Positions 7,861 through 16,468 of a DNA stretch of 36,847 bases are shown one piece after another. Position 1 is the stretch's first letter; each line of letters starts with the position of its first letter. Source of the DNA: a virus (Duplodnaviria; Caudoviricetes); the IMG/VR virus record IMGVR_UViG_3300044297_000174, positions 1 to 36,847 of that record. One strand, given 5' to 3'. The position numbers and the translations under genes were made by a program. The notes under the pieces were generated by a model. It was not told the DNA's origin. It was given only the letters and a program-made list of their open reading frames with translations, and did no database searches.

Positions 7861-9970
7861 AGCCATGGGCGGCGGCGCTAACGCCGAACTAACGCCCCAA
7901 GACAGCTTCAATCAGACCTACCCGCAGAAAGACGGCCAACCACGCGACATCGTGGGCGAGGTTCGTGAACGCTTGACCGAAGCGTTCACGTTCGATCGGA
8001 ACAACCGCGAAGATGCGGTGATGGACCTCAAGTTCCTGGCCGGAGATCAATGGCCTGAGTACGCCCGCGCAGCTCGCGTCAATCGTCCCATGCTGACGAT
8101 CAATAAGCTGCCGCAGTTCCTGCACCAGATCACCAACGACATTCGCCAGAGCGCGCCATCGCTCAAGGTCACGCCGGTAGATGGCAAGGCCGATCCGTCG
8201 ATGGCCAAGGTTTACGACGGCATCATAGCCGACATCCAGTACCGTTGCAGCGCAAAGCACGTGTACGCGACAGCTGCTTACCATGCTGCAGCTTGCGGTA
8301 TTGGCCACTTCCGCGTCATCACGCGCTATGCTGATGATGCTTCGTTTGATCAGGACATCGCGGTTGAGAGCATTCCCTACCCGCTCGCGGTGTATTGGGA
8401 CCCCGCCGCGGTCAAGCCTGATCGCTCCGACGCGATGTGGTGCATCGTCGTGGACCTCGTTCCGCGCGCCACGTTCAAGCTCAAGTACCCGAACGCGCAG
8501 CAGATCAGCGTCAACGAACTGCGCGCAAACAACTTTGCATCGGGTCTATTCTGGACGACGCAGGACTACATTCTTGTTGCGGAATACTGGTGCAAACACC
8601 CCGTAGAGCGCACGATCTGCGCATTCCAGAACGGCGAAACGTACGACACGACCGATCTGAGCATGATGCAGATGGTCCAGTTGCAGCAGACGCACGGTCC
8701 CGTCGTCGCGCAGCGCAAGGCCAAAAGCTACAAGGTTCAGCAGTCGTTGGTGACGGGTGCAGAGGTGCTGTCTGGCCCGCATCCATGGTCTGGCAAATAC
8801 CTGCCCATCGTGCCTGTGATCGGGACCGAAGTTCCGTTGGAGCGCGTCACCATCCGCAAGGGCCTCATTCGCGACGCCCGCGATGCGATGCAGCTCTACA
8901 ATTTCTATCGCTCTGCTGCAGCCGAAGCGATTGCGCTGGCACCGAAAGCGCCGTGGCTGGTAACAGACACTATGATCGCTCAGCACAAGGGCGACTGGAA
9001 CACGGCCAACACGCAAAACCGTCCATTCCTGCGCTACACGCCAGATTCGAAAGCGCCGGGCATGGCTCCGACGCGCATCCATCCGCCAGAACCGCCGCAA
9101 GCGCTGTGGGAAGAAAGCCGCGTCGCAACGGAAGACCTCAAGGCGACGACAGGCATTTATGACGCCTCTCTGGGGGCCAAGAGCAATGAGACCTCCGGCA
9201 TCGCCATCAAGCGCCGCGAGCAACAGGGCGATACGGCGAACTACCATTACACGGACAACCTGCAACGCTCGCTTGAGCATTGCGGCCGCATCCTGATCGA
9301 CTTGATTCCGAAGGTGTACGACAACGAGCGCGTCGTTCGCTTGCTAGGCGAGGACGGAACCGAAAGTTTCGTCCCCATCAATCACGTGCTCTATTCCGAC
9401 CAGGGCGAGCAGGTGATGGTCAACGATCTGTCGGTTGGTCGCTTCGACATTCGCGTCACCATCGGGCCCAGTTACGCCACGAAGCGCCTGGAAGCTGCCG
9501 CGGCCATCGTCGAAATCATGCAGGCTCTTGGCCCCGAGGTTGGCGGCGTGCTGGCAGACATCGCCGTGCGCAACCTCGACATCCCCGACGCGCAGGAAGC
9601 GGCGCAGCGCATTCGCAACATGCTGCCGCAGCAAGCGTTGCAAGACCCGAACGCACCACCGCCGAACCCGCTCGATGATCCGATGGCAAGGGCGGAACTC
9701 GCCGGCAAGTTCGCCACGGCACATAAAACCATGGCCGACGCCAATAAGACCGCGATCGAGACACAGGCGATGTTTGGCATGATGGCCCCACCGGTGCCAC
9801 CGCCGCTGCCGCCTGAGATCCCGATGGGCGGACCGCAGCCGATGCCAGGCATGATGCCGCCTGGAATGGATCAAGGTCCGACCATGATGCCGGGCGGAGA
9901 AATGAACCTCGATCAGATGCCATTACCGCAGCCCAACGGCCTGCCGCCGGGGCCGCTTACGCCTTTGTGA
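7850..9970 (+). CDS. P22-like portal protein
   Basis: DLKFLAGDQW, RPMLTINKL, ACGIG, DAMQLYN, SNETSGIAI and GPSYATKR motifs, plus position after the terminase. Confidence 0.92.
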   Translation: MYAEAMGGGANAELTPQDSFNQTYPQKDGQPRDIVGEVRERLTEAFTFDRNNREDAVMDLKFLAGDQWPEYARAARVNRPMLTINKLPQFLHQITNDIRQSAPSLKVTPVDGKADPSMAKVYDGIIADIQYRCSAKHVYATAAYHAAACGIGHFRVITRYADDASFDQDIAVESIPYPLAVYWDPAAVKPDRSDAMWCIVVDLVPRATFKLKYPNAQQISVNELRANNFASGLFWTTQDYILVAEYWCKHPVERTICAFQNGETYDTTDLSMMQMVQLQQTHGPVVAQRKAKSYKVQQSLVTGAEVLSGPHPWSGKYLPIVPVIGTEVPLERVTIRKGLIRDARDAMQLYNFYRSAAAEAIALAPKAPWLVTDTMIAQHKGDWNTANTQNRPFLRYTPDSKAPGMAPTRIHPPEPPQALWEESRVATEDLKATTGIYDASLGAKSNETSGIAIKRREQQGDTANYHYTDNLQRSLEHCGRILIDLIPKVYDNERVVRLLGEDGTESFVPINHVLYSDQGEQVMVNDLSVGRFDIRVTIGPSYATKRLEAAAAIVEIMQALGPEVGGVLADIAVRNLDIPDAQEAAQRIRNMLPQQALQDPNAPPPNPLDDPMARAELAGKFATAHKTMADANKTAIETQAMFGMMAPPVPPPLPPEIPMGGPQPMPGMMPPGMDQGPTMMPGGEMNLDQMPLPQPNGLPPGPLTPL

Positions 9971-10008
9971 CCGTGCGTAATCACCGCCGTTAGGCTGGAG
10001 CTTCCCAC

Positions 10009-10860
10009 ATGACTGACACGACCACCGCCCCGGTAGCGCCGGAGGCCGGACAAACTGCACCTGTAGCACCAGAGCGTTTTCGCGACGAACAAGGTCGCTT
10101 TGTCACCGCGTCCGACAAGCCAGAAGACACATCCGCAGCGGCTCCGGTAGATGCCGCACAACCCGCCGAAGGGGCACAACCCCAGACGCCGGACAGCAAT
10201 TCAGACGAGAAGCCCGACCCGAAGCGCGAGCGGTCACGCCAGCGCTGGCAGGAGATGAAGTCCAGGGTACGTGAGGCGGAAAACCAGGCGCAGTATTGGC
10301 GTAGCCTTGCCGAACGACACCAGCAGGAAGCGAGCAGACCGCTCGATCCCATGCAGTTCCAGTCCGATCCCGAATACCAAGCCGCTTTGGCCGCTCAGGC
10401 CATGCGAAGGGTGACGGCGCAGGACCACGCTGCAACGGCACAAGCGCTCCAAGTGCAAGCGGGACAGGCGGCGATTGCCGCGGTCCAGATGCAGATGGAT
10501 TCTTTGCGCGATCGCATTCCAGACATCGACATTATCACGGCCGAACCTGCACAGGGCGGCCCGATCGTGACCGACGCCATGGGGCAGATCATCCGCGAAA
10601 GCGACAACGCCGCGCTGGTTGCCTACCACCTCGCGAAGAACCCGAAGGAAGCTCGGGCCATCGCCAACATGCATCCCATCCAAGCCGCGCGTGAACTCGG
10701 AATGATCGAGGCGCGGCTTTCCAGCCAACCCGTACGGCGTGTCAGCCAAGCACCGGCACCAGTCCAGACCGTTTCAGGCGGCCAAGGATCGTCTTCGCGC
10801 GATCCCGGCTCGATGTCGTTCAAAGAGTACGAGCAATACCGCATGAGCGGCGGAGGCTGA
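10009..10860 (+). CDS. Scaffolding protein
   Basis: Lies between portal and coat. Acidic/Pro-rich N-terminus, helical core, YHLAKNP and a C-terminal MSFKEY helix. Confidence 0.8.
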   Translation: MTDTTTAPVAPEAGQTAPVAPERFRDEQGRFVTASDKPEDTSAAAPVDAAQPAEGAQPQTPDSNSDEKPDPKRERSRQRWQEMKSRVREAENQAQYWRSLAERHQQEASRPLDPMQFQSDPEYQAALAAQAMRRVTAQDHAATAQALQVQAGQAAIAAVQMQMDSLRDRIPDIDIITAEPAQGGPIVTDAMGQIIRESDNAALVAYHLAKNPKEARAIANMHPIQAARELGMIEARLSSQPVRRVSQAPAPVQTVSGGQGSSSRDPGSMSFKEYEQYRMSGGG

Positions 10861-10891
10861 TCCGGTCCCAAACCAACGGACCTAGATCCCT

Positions 10892-12106
10892 ATGCCGAAT
10901 ACATTGATTACCCCAAACATCATCGCCAAAGAGGCGCTGATGCAGTTGAAGAACAACCTTGCGATGGGCAATCTCGTCTACCGGGATTACACCAAGGAGT
11001 TCGTGAAGGTTGGCTCCACGATCAGTCTGCGCAAGCCGGTTCGCTTCGTGGCCTCGTCCGGCGCTACGCGCGTCAACCAAGACGTGCTGGAAGGCACCGT
11101 ACCGCTCGCGATCGATCAGCAGCGCCACGTCTCGTGGAACTTCACGTCCAGCGAACTGACGCAGACCATCGACGAGTACAGCGAGCGCTACATTAAGCCG
11201 GCCATGCTCGAGCTTGCTCAAGCGGTCGAAACCTCGCTGACTGGCCTTTACACCAGCGTCAACGATTGGGTCGGCACCGCCGGCACCACACCAAGCACCT
11301 TCCTGCAGCTTGGCGCGGCACGACAGCGCCTTGTCGAGAACAGGGCTCCGATGGGCGACACGCTCAACGCGGTACTTGATCCGGCCGCGTCGCTTCTGGT
11401 CGCCAACGACCTCAAGACGTTGTTCCAGCCGGAGAAGACCCGCACGGCTCTTGAGCGCGTCAAGATCGGCAAGTACGCCGGCTTCGACACGTACGAGGCG
11501 CAGTCGATCATCTCGCATACGGTCGGACCGCTTGGCGGCACGCCGCTCGTCAACGGCGCCAGCCAGCATTCGAACTCGACACCGCAGGCCAACAGCCAGA
11601 CGATCGTGACGGACGGCTGGACCGCTGCGGCTGCGGCTCGATTGAAGGCAGGCGACGTGATCACGTTTGCGGGCGTGTTCGCCATCAACGCTGGCACGCG
11701 CACGGCCTACAGCCGACTTAAGCAGTTCACGGTGCTGTCGGACGTGTCGTCGGACGGTTCGGGCAATGCGACGCTGACCATCAGCCCCGCCATCGTCACG
11801 ACGGGCCCTTACCAGAACGTGTCGGCGGCTCCCGCGGACAACGCGGCCATCACGGTCGTTACTGGTACGGCATCGACCGCGTACCCGCAGAACCTCTGTT
11901 TCCACAAGAACGCCTTCGCTCTGGTGTTCGCAGACCTCGACATGCCAGACGGTGCGGCATTCAAGGCCCGCGAGAGCGCGGACAATATGTCGGTGCGTGT
12001 CGTCAAGATGTACGACATCGACAACGACCGCGACGTGATCCGTCTCGACATCCTTTACGGCGTCAAGACGATCTATCCTGAACTGGCCGTGCGGTTGACC
12101 GGCTGA
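10892..12106 (+). CDS. Major capsid (P22 gp5-like coat) protein
   Basis: KVGSTISLRKP, SERYIKPAM, an LKAGDVITFAGV insertion domain and C-terminal RLDILYGV. Confidence 0.93.
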   Translation: MPNTLITPNIIAKEALMQLKNNLAMGNLVYRDYTKEFVKVGSTISLRKPVRFVASSGATRVNQDVLEGTVPLAIDQQRHVSWNFTSSELTQTIDEYSERYIKPAMLELAQAVETSLTGLYTSVNDWVGTAGTTPSTFLQLGAARQRLVENRAPMGDTLNAVLDPAASLLVANDLKTLFQPEKTRTALERVKIGKYAGFDTYEAQSIISHTVGPLGGTPLVNGASQHSNSTPQANSQTIVTDGWTAAAAARLKAGDVITFAGVFAINAGTRTAYSRLKQFTVLSDVSSDGSGNATLTISPAIVTTGPYQNVSAAPADNAAITVVTGTASTAYPQNLCFHKNAFALVFADLDMPDGAAFKARESADNMSVRVVKMYDIDNDRDVIRLDILYGVKTIYPELAVRLTG

Positions 12107-12315
12107 TGGGTAACAGCCTGATCAATGGGCCGGAGGTGGCGGCGCAACAGCCCGCCACCCAACCGCCAGCCGATGTGGTTCCTACGTGGGGCTACAAAGG
12201 CGACAAGTCGCAACTGTTCGACCTGAAGCCGGGGGAGAAACTTCCGGCAGGTTGGTCAGACACACCCAACGCTGCGCCAGAGCCGGAGCCGGTGAAGAAT
12301 GACGACGGCGCGTGA
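12106..12315 (+). CDS. Small hypothetical virion-associated protein
   Basis: Coupled to the coat stop, with PTWGY...LPAGWSDTP. Confidence 0.7.
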   Translation: MGNSLINGPEVAAQQPATQPPADVVPTWGYKGDKSQLFDLKPGEKLPAGWSDTPNAAPEPEPVKNDDGA

Positions 12316-12958
12316 AATTGTCCGGCGCGCACTGCTGCGCCTTCATGTAATCGATGTGTTGCATCCCGTGTCCGCGGAAGAAGCGGCGACGGGGTTGGCA
12401 TATCTCAACGACATGATGGCGCAGTGGCCTGCAAACGGCGTTGATACTTTGTCGCCGTCGTTTGCCTTGGATGACACGTTCGTGTTCTTCGTGCCGCCGC
12501 GGCTGCTCGACTCGCACACGATGGAAAGCCTCACGTACGCAGGTACGTGGAATGCGGCAACCAACACGCCGACGCTGGCGAATGGAAGCGGCATAGAGGG
12601 AACCGTCTATCGGGTCGGCACGCAAGGAACAACCGCGCTCGACGGCATTGCGTCATGGTCGGCCAACGAGTTCGTGGTTCTCGGCCGCACCGCATCAGAC
12701 ACGAATTCCCCAACGCTGACGTGGCAAAAAGGCTTGAGCAGCGCTCGCCACCACTTTGGCGTTATTGCGATGCTGGCGATGAGCCTTTCTGACGATTTCG
12801 GCAAAGCCCCATCGCAACAGCTTGCAGACGACGCCAACGACGCTTGGCGCACGTTGCTGTCAGACTTCCAGAAAGTGCCGTACGCCACGTTTGACCCCGG
12901 CCTTACGCGGCTTCCCTCGCGCCGCTGGCCTTACTCAGTGCCAAGCTCGTCAACCTGA
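12299..12958 (+). CDS. Head-to-tail adaptor (P22 gp4-like) with an inserted domain
   Basis: TAREIVRRAL...LNDMMAQW and LAMSLSDDFG motifs, plus position. Confidence 0.75.
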   Translation: MTTAREIVRRALLRLHVIDVLHPVSAEEAATGLAYLNDMMAQWPANGVDTLSPSFALDDTFVFFVPPRLLDSHTMESLTYAGTWNAATNTPTLANGSGIEGTVYRVGTQGTTALDGIASWSANEFVVLGRTASDTNSPTLTWQKGLSSARHHFGVIAMLAMSLSDDFGKAPSQQLADDANDAWRTLLSDFQKVPYATFDPGLTRLPSRRWPYSVPSSST

Positions 12959-14355
12959 TGGCCATCGTCCCTCTCGCCCTCCCCTCAGGTTCGAGCCCCG
13001 CACGTCACGGCCACGCTGGCGCGACAAGGCTTGTGAACTGCTACCGGGAAGACGTAGGCGAGGAAGGAAAGAACCCGTTCAATCTTCACGCTTGCGACGG
13101 GTTCGATCTGTTCGCCACGGCGAGCGCGGCAAGCCAGGTGCACGCGATTTTTGCTCTGAGCGACGCCGAAGCCTACGCGAAGATTGGGAGACAGATCATC
13201 CGCGTCGATGCAGCAGGTGCGTTGACATCGGTCGGTGGTGTGCCGGCGGATGGGCTGTGCACCTTCGCTCGCAATCGCGCGGTTCCGACTGAAACCGTGC
13301 TGGTCTCTGACGGTCTTGTCTACAAGATCGTTTCCAACGTGCTGACGCAGATCTCAGACCCGGATTTGCCGCCGGCCACGAGCGTGACGCAAGTTAGCGG
13401 GTACTTCGTGTTCCAGCTTGCGGACGGGCGTATGTTCGCTTCCGAACTGGACGCCACGAACGTGCTTCCAACAGACTTTGCGGCTGCAGCGTCCAACCCG
13501 GATGGCGGCGTGAGGTGCTTTGCTCGTGGGCAAGACCTGATCTCGTTCGGCACACGATCAATCGAATTCTGGGTGGATCAGGCCAACGAAGGTTTCCCGT
13601 TCGGATTGGTGACATCGCGCAGCATCGGCCTGCTTTCTGCCCGCGCCGTGACCGATGTTGATCAGACGACGGCCTTCGTTGCGCACGACCACACGGTGCG
13701 CATCCTGCAGGGTTACGATCCCGTTATCATCTCCACGCACGACATTGACCGCCTGATCCGTGCCGAGTCCGATCCGAACGTCATCACCTGCTTTAGCTGG
13801 ACCTCTGACGGGCATGTCTTCCTCGCCGTGTCTGGCTCCGATTGGTCGAAGTGCTACGACCTCACAACGAAGCGCTGGCATGACCGAGAGAGCTACGGCT
13901 TGAACCGCTGGCGCGTGAACTGTGCTGCCAGGTTCGGCAACACGACGCTGTTCGGGGACTATGAGAACGGCAAACTGTACCGGCTCAATCCAGATACCTA
14001 CACCGAAGCGGGCGAGCACTTGATCGTGACGGCGCAACTTCCGCCGACGCATGGCTTCCCGTACCGCATCCAGCACAATACGCTCTACGTGGACATTGTG
14101 CCTGGCGTCGGCCTCGTGTCGGCAACCGAAAGCGTCGCCAATCCTCAACTCATGATGGATTACAGCGACGACGGTGGGGAGAACTGGTCAACGCAGCGGT
14201 TCGCGAGCATTGGTCGCGCGGGTGATCGGCTCCGACGTATCCAGTTCAATCGCCTCGGCATGTCGCGCGGCCGCACGTACCGGCTGAGCGTGTCTGCTGC
14301 CGTGGCGCGGTCACTTGTTGGCGTTTCGCTCGATATGGAAAAGTTGGCGGCGTGA
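12958..14355 (+). CDS. Tail hub / DNA stabilization protein (P22 gp10-like)
   Basis: RLVNCY, GYFVF, ASNPD, FGTRSIEFW, WHDR and SDDGGENWS motifs. Confidence 0.88.
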   Translation: MAIVPLALPSGSSPARHGHAGATRLVNCYREDVGEEGKNPFNLHACDGFDLFATASAASQVHAIFALSDAEAYAKIGRQIIRVDAAGALTSVGGVPADGLCTFARNRAVPTETVLVSDGLVYKIVSNVLTQISDPDLPPATSVTQVSGYFVFQLADGRMFASELDATNVLPTDFAAAASNPDGGVRCFARGQDLISFGTRSIEFWVDQANEGFPFGLVTSRSIGLLSARAVTDVDQTTAFVAHDHTVRILQGYDPVIISTHDIDRLIRAESDPNVITCFSWTSDGHVFLAVSGSDWSKCYDLTTKRWHDRESYGLNRWRVNCAARFGNTTLFGDYENGKLYRLNPDTYTEAGEHLIVTAQLPPTHGFPYRIQHNTLYVDIVPGVGLVSATESVANPQLMMDYSDDGGENWSTQRFASIGRAGDRLRRIQFNRLGMSRGRTYRLSVSAAVARSLVGVSLDMEKLAA

Positions 14356-14356
14356 G

Positions 14357-14476
14357 ATGGCCGACATTCCCCCGCCTCCGATCAATACGCCAGTGCAAGA
14401 CGCCCAAGGCAAGCTGACGCCTGAGTGGGTGCGGTGGTTCAAGACACTTGAGAAGATCATCAAGGGGCTAGCATGA
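14357..14476 (+). CDS. 39-aa protein at the tail-needle position
   Basis: MADIPPPPINTPVQDAQGKLTPEWVRWFKTLEKIIKGLA fills the gap exactly, with an ATGA overlap. Confidence 0.65.
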   Translation: MADIPPPPINTPVQDAQGKLTPEWVRWFKTLEKIIKGLA

Positions 14477-15123
14477 GCATATTCGGCGGCCTGTTCGGCA
14501 AGTCGCAACAGCGCGACATGACGAGCGCCTACAATGACAGCCAGGCACGGCTTGATGCTTCACGTGGAACAGCTCGATCCGACATCACCGGCGGGCGTGA
14601 TCGCGGTCTCTCCTACATCACGCCGTATGTGCAGAGCGGGCAGCGCGGGCAGACGGCCTACGAGAACACGCTAGGTCTCAACGGCCAAGCCGCACGCGAC
14701 CAGCAGTTTCAAGAGGGCTACGTCAACGACCCGGCCGGGGCCTACCGCGCGCAGCAAGGCCAGACGGCGATGCAGAACTTGCTGCGCAAGTACAACGCCA
14801 GCCCGTCCGGCGTGAACAGCGGCGCGGCCATGTACGGCGCAGGACGCCTGACGATGGACCGCTTCGACAAGGATTGGGGCGACTACCAGAACCGCCTCAT
14901 GCAGCTTGGCCAGCAAGGGCAGCAGATGGCCGGCCAGGCGGCAGGAATGGAGTTCAACACCGGCAACCAGCTAGCCGACCTCGAAATGGGCTACGGCAAC
15001 ACGTCGGCGGCGAACCGGATCAACTACGGGAACGCCATGGCGGCGAGCCGCAATACCGGGTTGAACAATTTGCTCGCGATTGCGGGTACTGCGGCGCGGT
15101 TTATGCCAATTCCAAGGAAGTGA
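14473..15123 (+). CDS. DNA ejection protein (P22 gp7-like)
   Basis: Gly/Ala/Gln-rich with PYVQSG, NSGAAM and YQNRLMQL, plus position. Confidence 0.72.
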   Translation: MSIFGGLFGKSQQRDMTSAYNDSQARLDASRGTARSDITGGRDRGLSYITPYVQSGQRGQTAYENTLGLNGQAARDQQFQEGYVNDPAGAYRAQQGQTAMQNLLRKYNASPSGVNSGAAMYGAGRLTMDRFDKDWGDYQNRLMQLGQQGQQMAGQAAGMEFNTGNQLADLEMGYGNTSAANRINYGNAMAASRNTGLNNLLAIAGTAARFMPIPRK

Positions 15124-15127
15124 CACC

Positions 15128-16468
15128 ATGGCTGGTTTCCGCCTTCCCGCCTATGACTACCCGCAAAACGCTCTTCTGAACCTCGCACCGATCAACGCGG
15201 CGATCACTGACTATCGCCAGCGCGAGCAGCAGGCGTTCGACAACGAGCGCCAGAACAAGTTGCTCCAGCTTCAGCAAGACCAATTCGGCCTGCAGAAAGG
15301 CCGGTTCGGCATGGAGCAGCAGCGGTTCACAAGAGAGCAGCAAGAGCGAGACCAGACGTTCCCGCTGGAGCTTCAAGGAAAGCGCGCGCAGATCGCGCAG
15401 ACGCAGGCCAGCACGGCGGCGACAAACGCTCAGCTTGGCCAGATTAGAATGCAAACGCCCGACGAGCGCGCCAAGATCGCCGGGCAATATGGCCTGCAGC
15501 CGGGAACGCCTGAGTTCAATACGTTCGTTCTAAATGGTCAGTACGCGCCTGCAGATCCAATGAAAGACCTGATCCGGGGCATGTTGCCACCGGCAGCAGC
15601 ACCAAGCGCTCCGCAGCAAGGTCAGCCTCGCTTGCAGCCGCAGTCCATGACCGGCGAACCAGACCAGCCGCAATTGATCCAGACGCAGACGGCAGCACCA
15701 CAGCCACAGCAGCCTGACGCCAGCATGGTCGATACGCCCATGGGGCCGATGCCGCGCCAGAGGGCGCAAGCGTTGGGGTTTGCACTTGCGCTTCAGGGCA
15801 AGGGTGACGCCGGCAAGATGATGGCTGGCGAGCCGGGGCTTGGGAAGACAGCGGCCAACGACATTGATGAGAAAATCGTCAACAGCCTGAATCTCGTGAC
15901 GCGAATGCAGGGCATCGCAGACACGTTCAAGCCGGAATACCAAACCATCGGAACGCGCCTCGGCATGGCTGGCGCTGGATGGATGGCTAAGATTAACCCA
16001 AGCAAGGTCGATCCTGAAACGGCAAAGAAGTTGTCGGAATACGCCGTGTACCGCCGTCGTGCGGCTGAGAACGTGAACACGACAATTAAGGAAATCACCG
16101 GCGCCGCCATGAGCATCCCCGAGGCGCAGCGCATCCTCGCGCAAGTGCCGAACGCCGGCACCGGAATCATGGATGGCGACGACCCGATCACGCTCAAAGC
16201 GAAGCTCGACGACGTGATGGGCCAGACGACCTTGATCGCAGCGCGTATGGCATGGCTGAAGAAAAACAACCCGCAGCTTCTCGACCAGCTTGCCAAGCGG
16301 AAAATGGAAGGCGTTGAGACCGTATTCCCGCTCGACAAGATGCGCGGCATGATGAACGAGCGGAAGAACCAGATTTATCAGGAACTCAAGCAGCGCGCTC
16401 CGAATGCCACCCGTGAGCAATTGTTGCCCTTCGTCGGTCAGGCTCTCAAGCAGGAGTTCGGCATCTAA
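15128..16468 (+). CDS. DNA ejection protein (gp20 position)
   Basis: Gln-rich helical protein with ITGAAMS, second in the ejection-gene trio. Confidence 0.6.
   Translation: MAGFRLPAYDYPQNALLNLAPINAAITDYRQREQQAFDNERQNKLLQLQQDQFGLQKGRFGMEQQRFTREQQERDQTFPLELQGKRAQIAQTQASTAATNAQLGQIRMQTPDERAKIAGQYGLQPGTPEFNTFVLNGQYAPADPMKDLIRGMLPPAAAPSAPQQGQPRLQPQSMTGEPDQPQLIQTQTAAPQPQQPDASMVDTPMGPMPRQRAQALGFALALQGKGDAGKMMAGEPGLGKTAANDIDEKIVNSLNLVTRMQGIADTFKPEYQTIGTRLGMAGAGWMAKINPSKVDPETAKKLSEYAVYRRRAAENVNTTIKEITGAAMSIPEAQRILAQVPNAGTGIMDGDDPITLKAKLDDVMGQTTLIAARMAWLKKNNPQLLDQLAKRKMEGVETVFPLDKMRGMMNERKNQIYQELKQRAPNATREQLLPFVGQALKQEFGI

Noticed and set aside
10820-11905. 361-aa antisense ORF (likewise 15530-16420, 27463-28362 and 34012-34929)
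   Set aside because: These are shadow ORFs opposite well-supported genes in GC-rich DNA, with no recognisable motifs.
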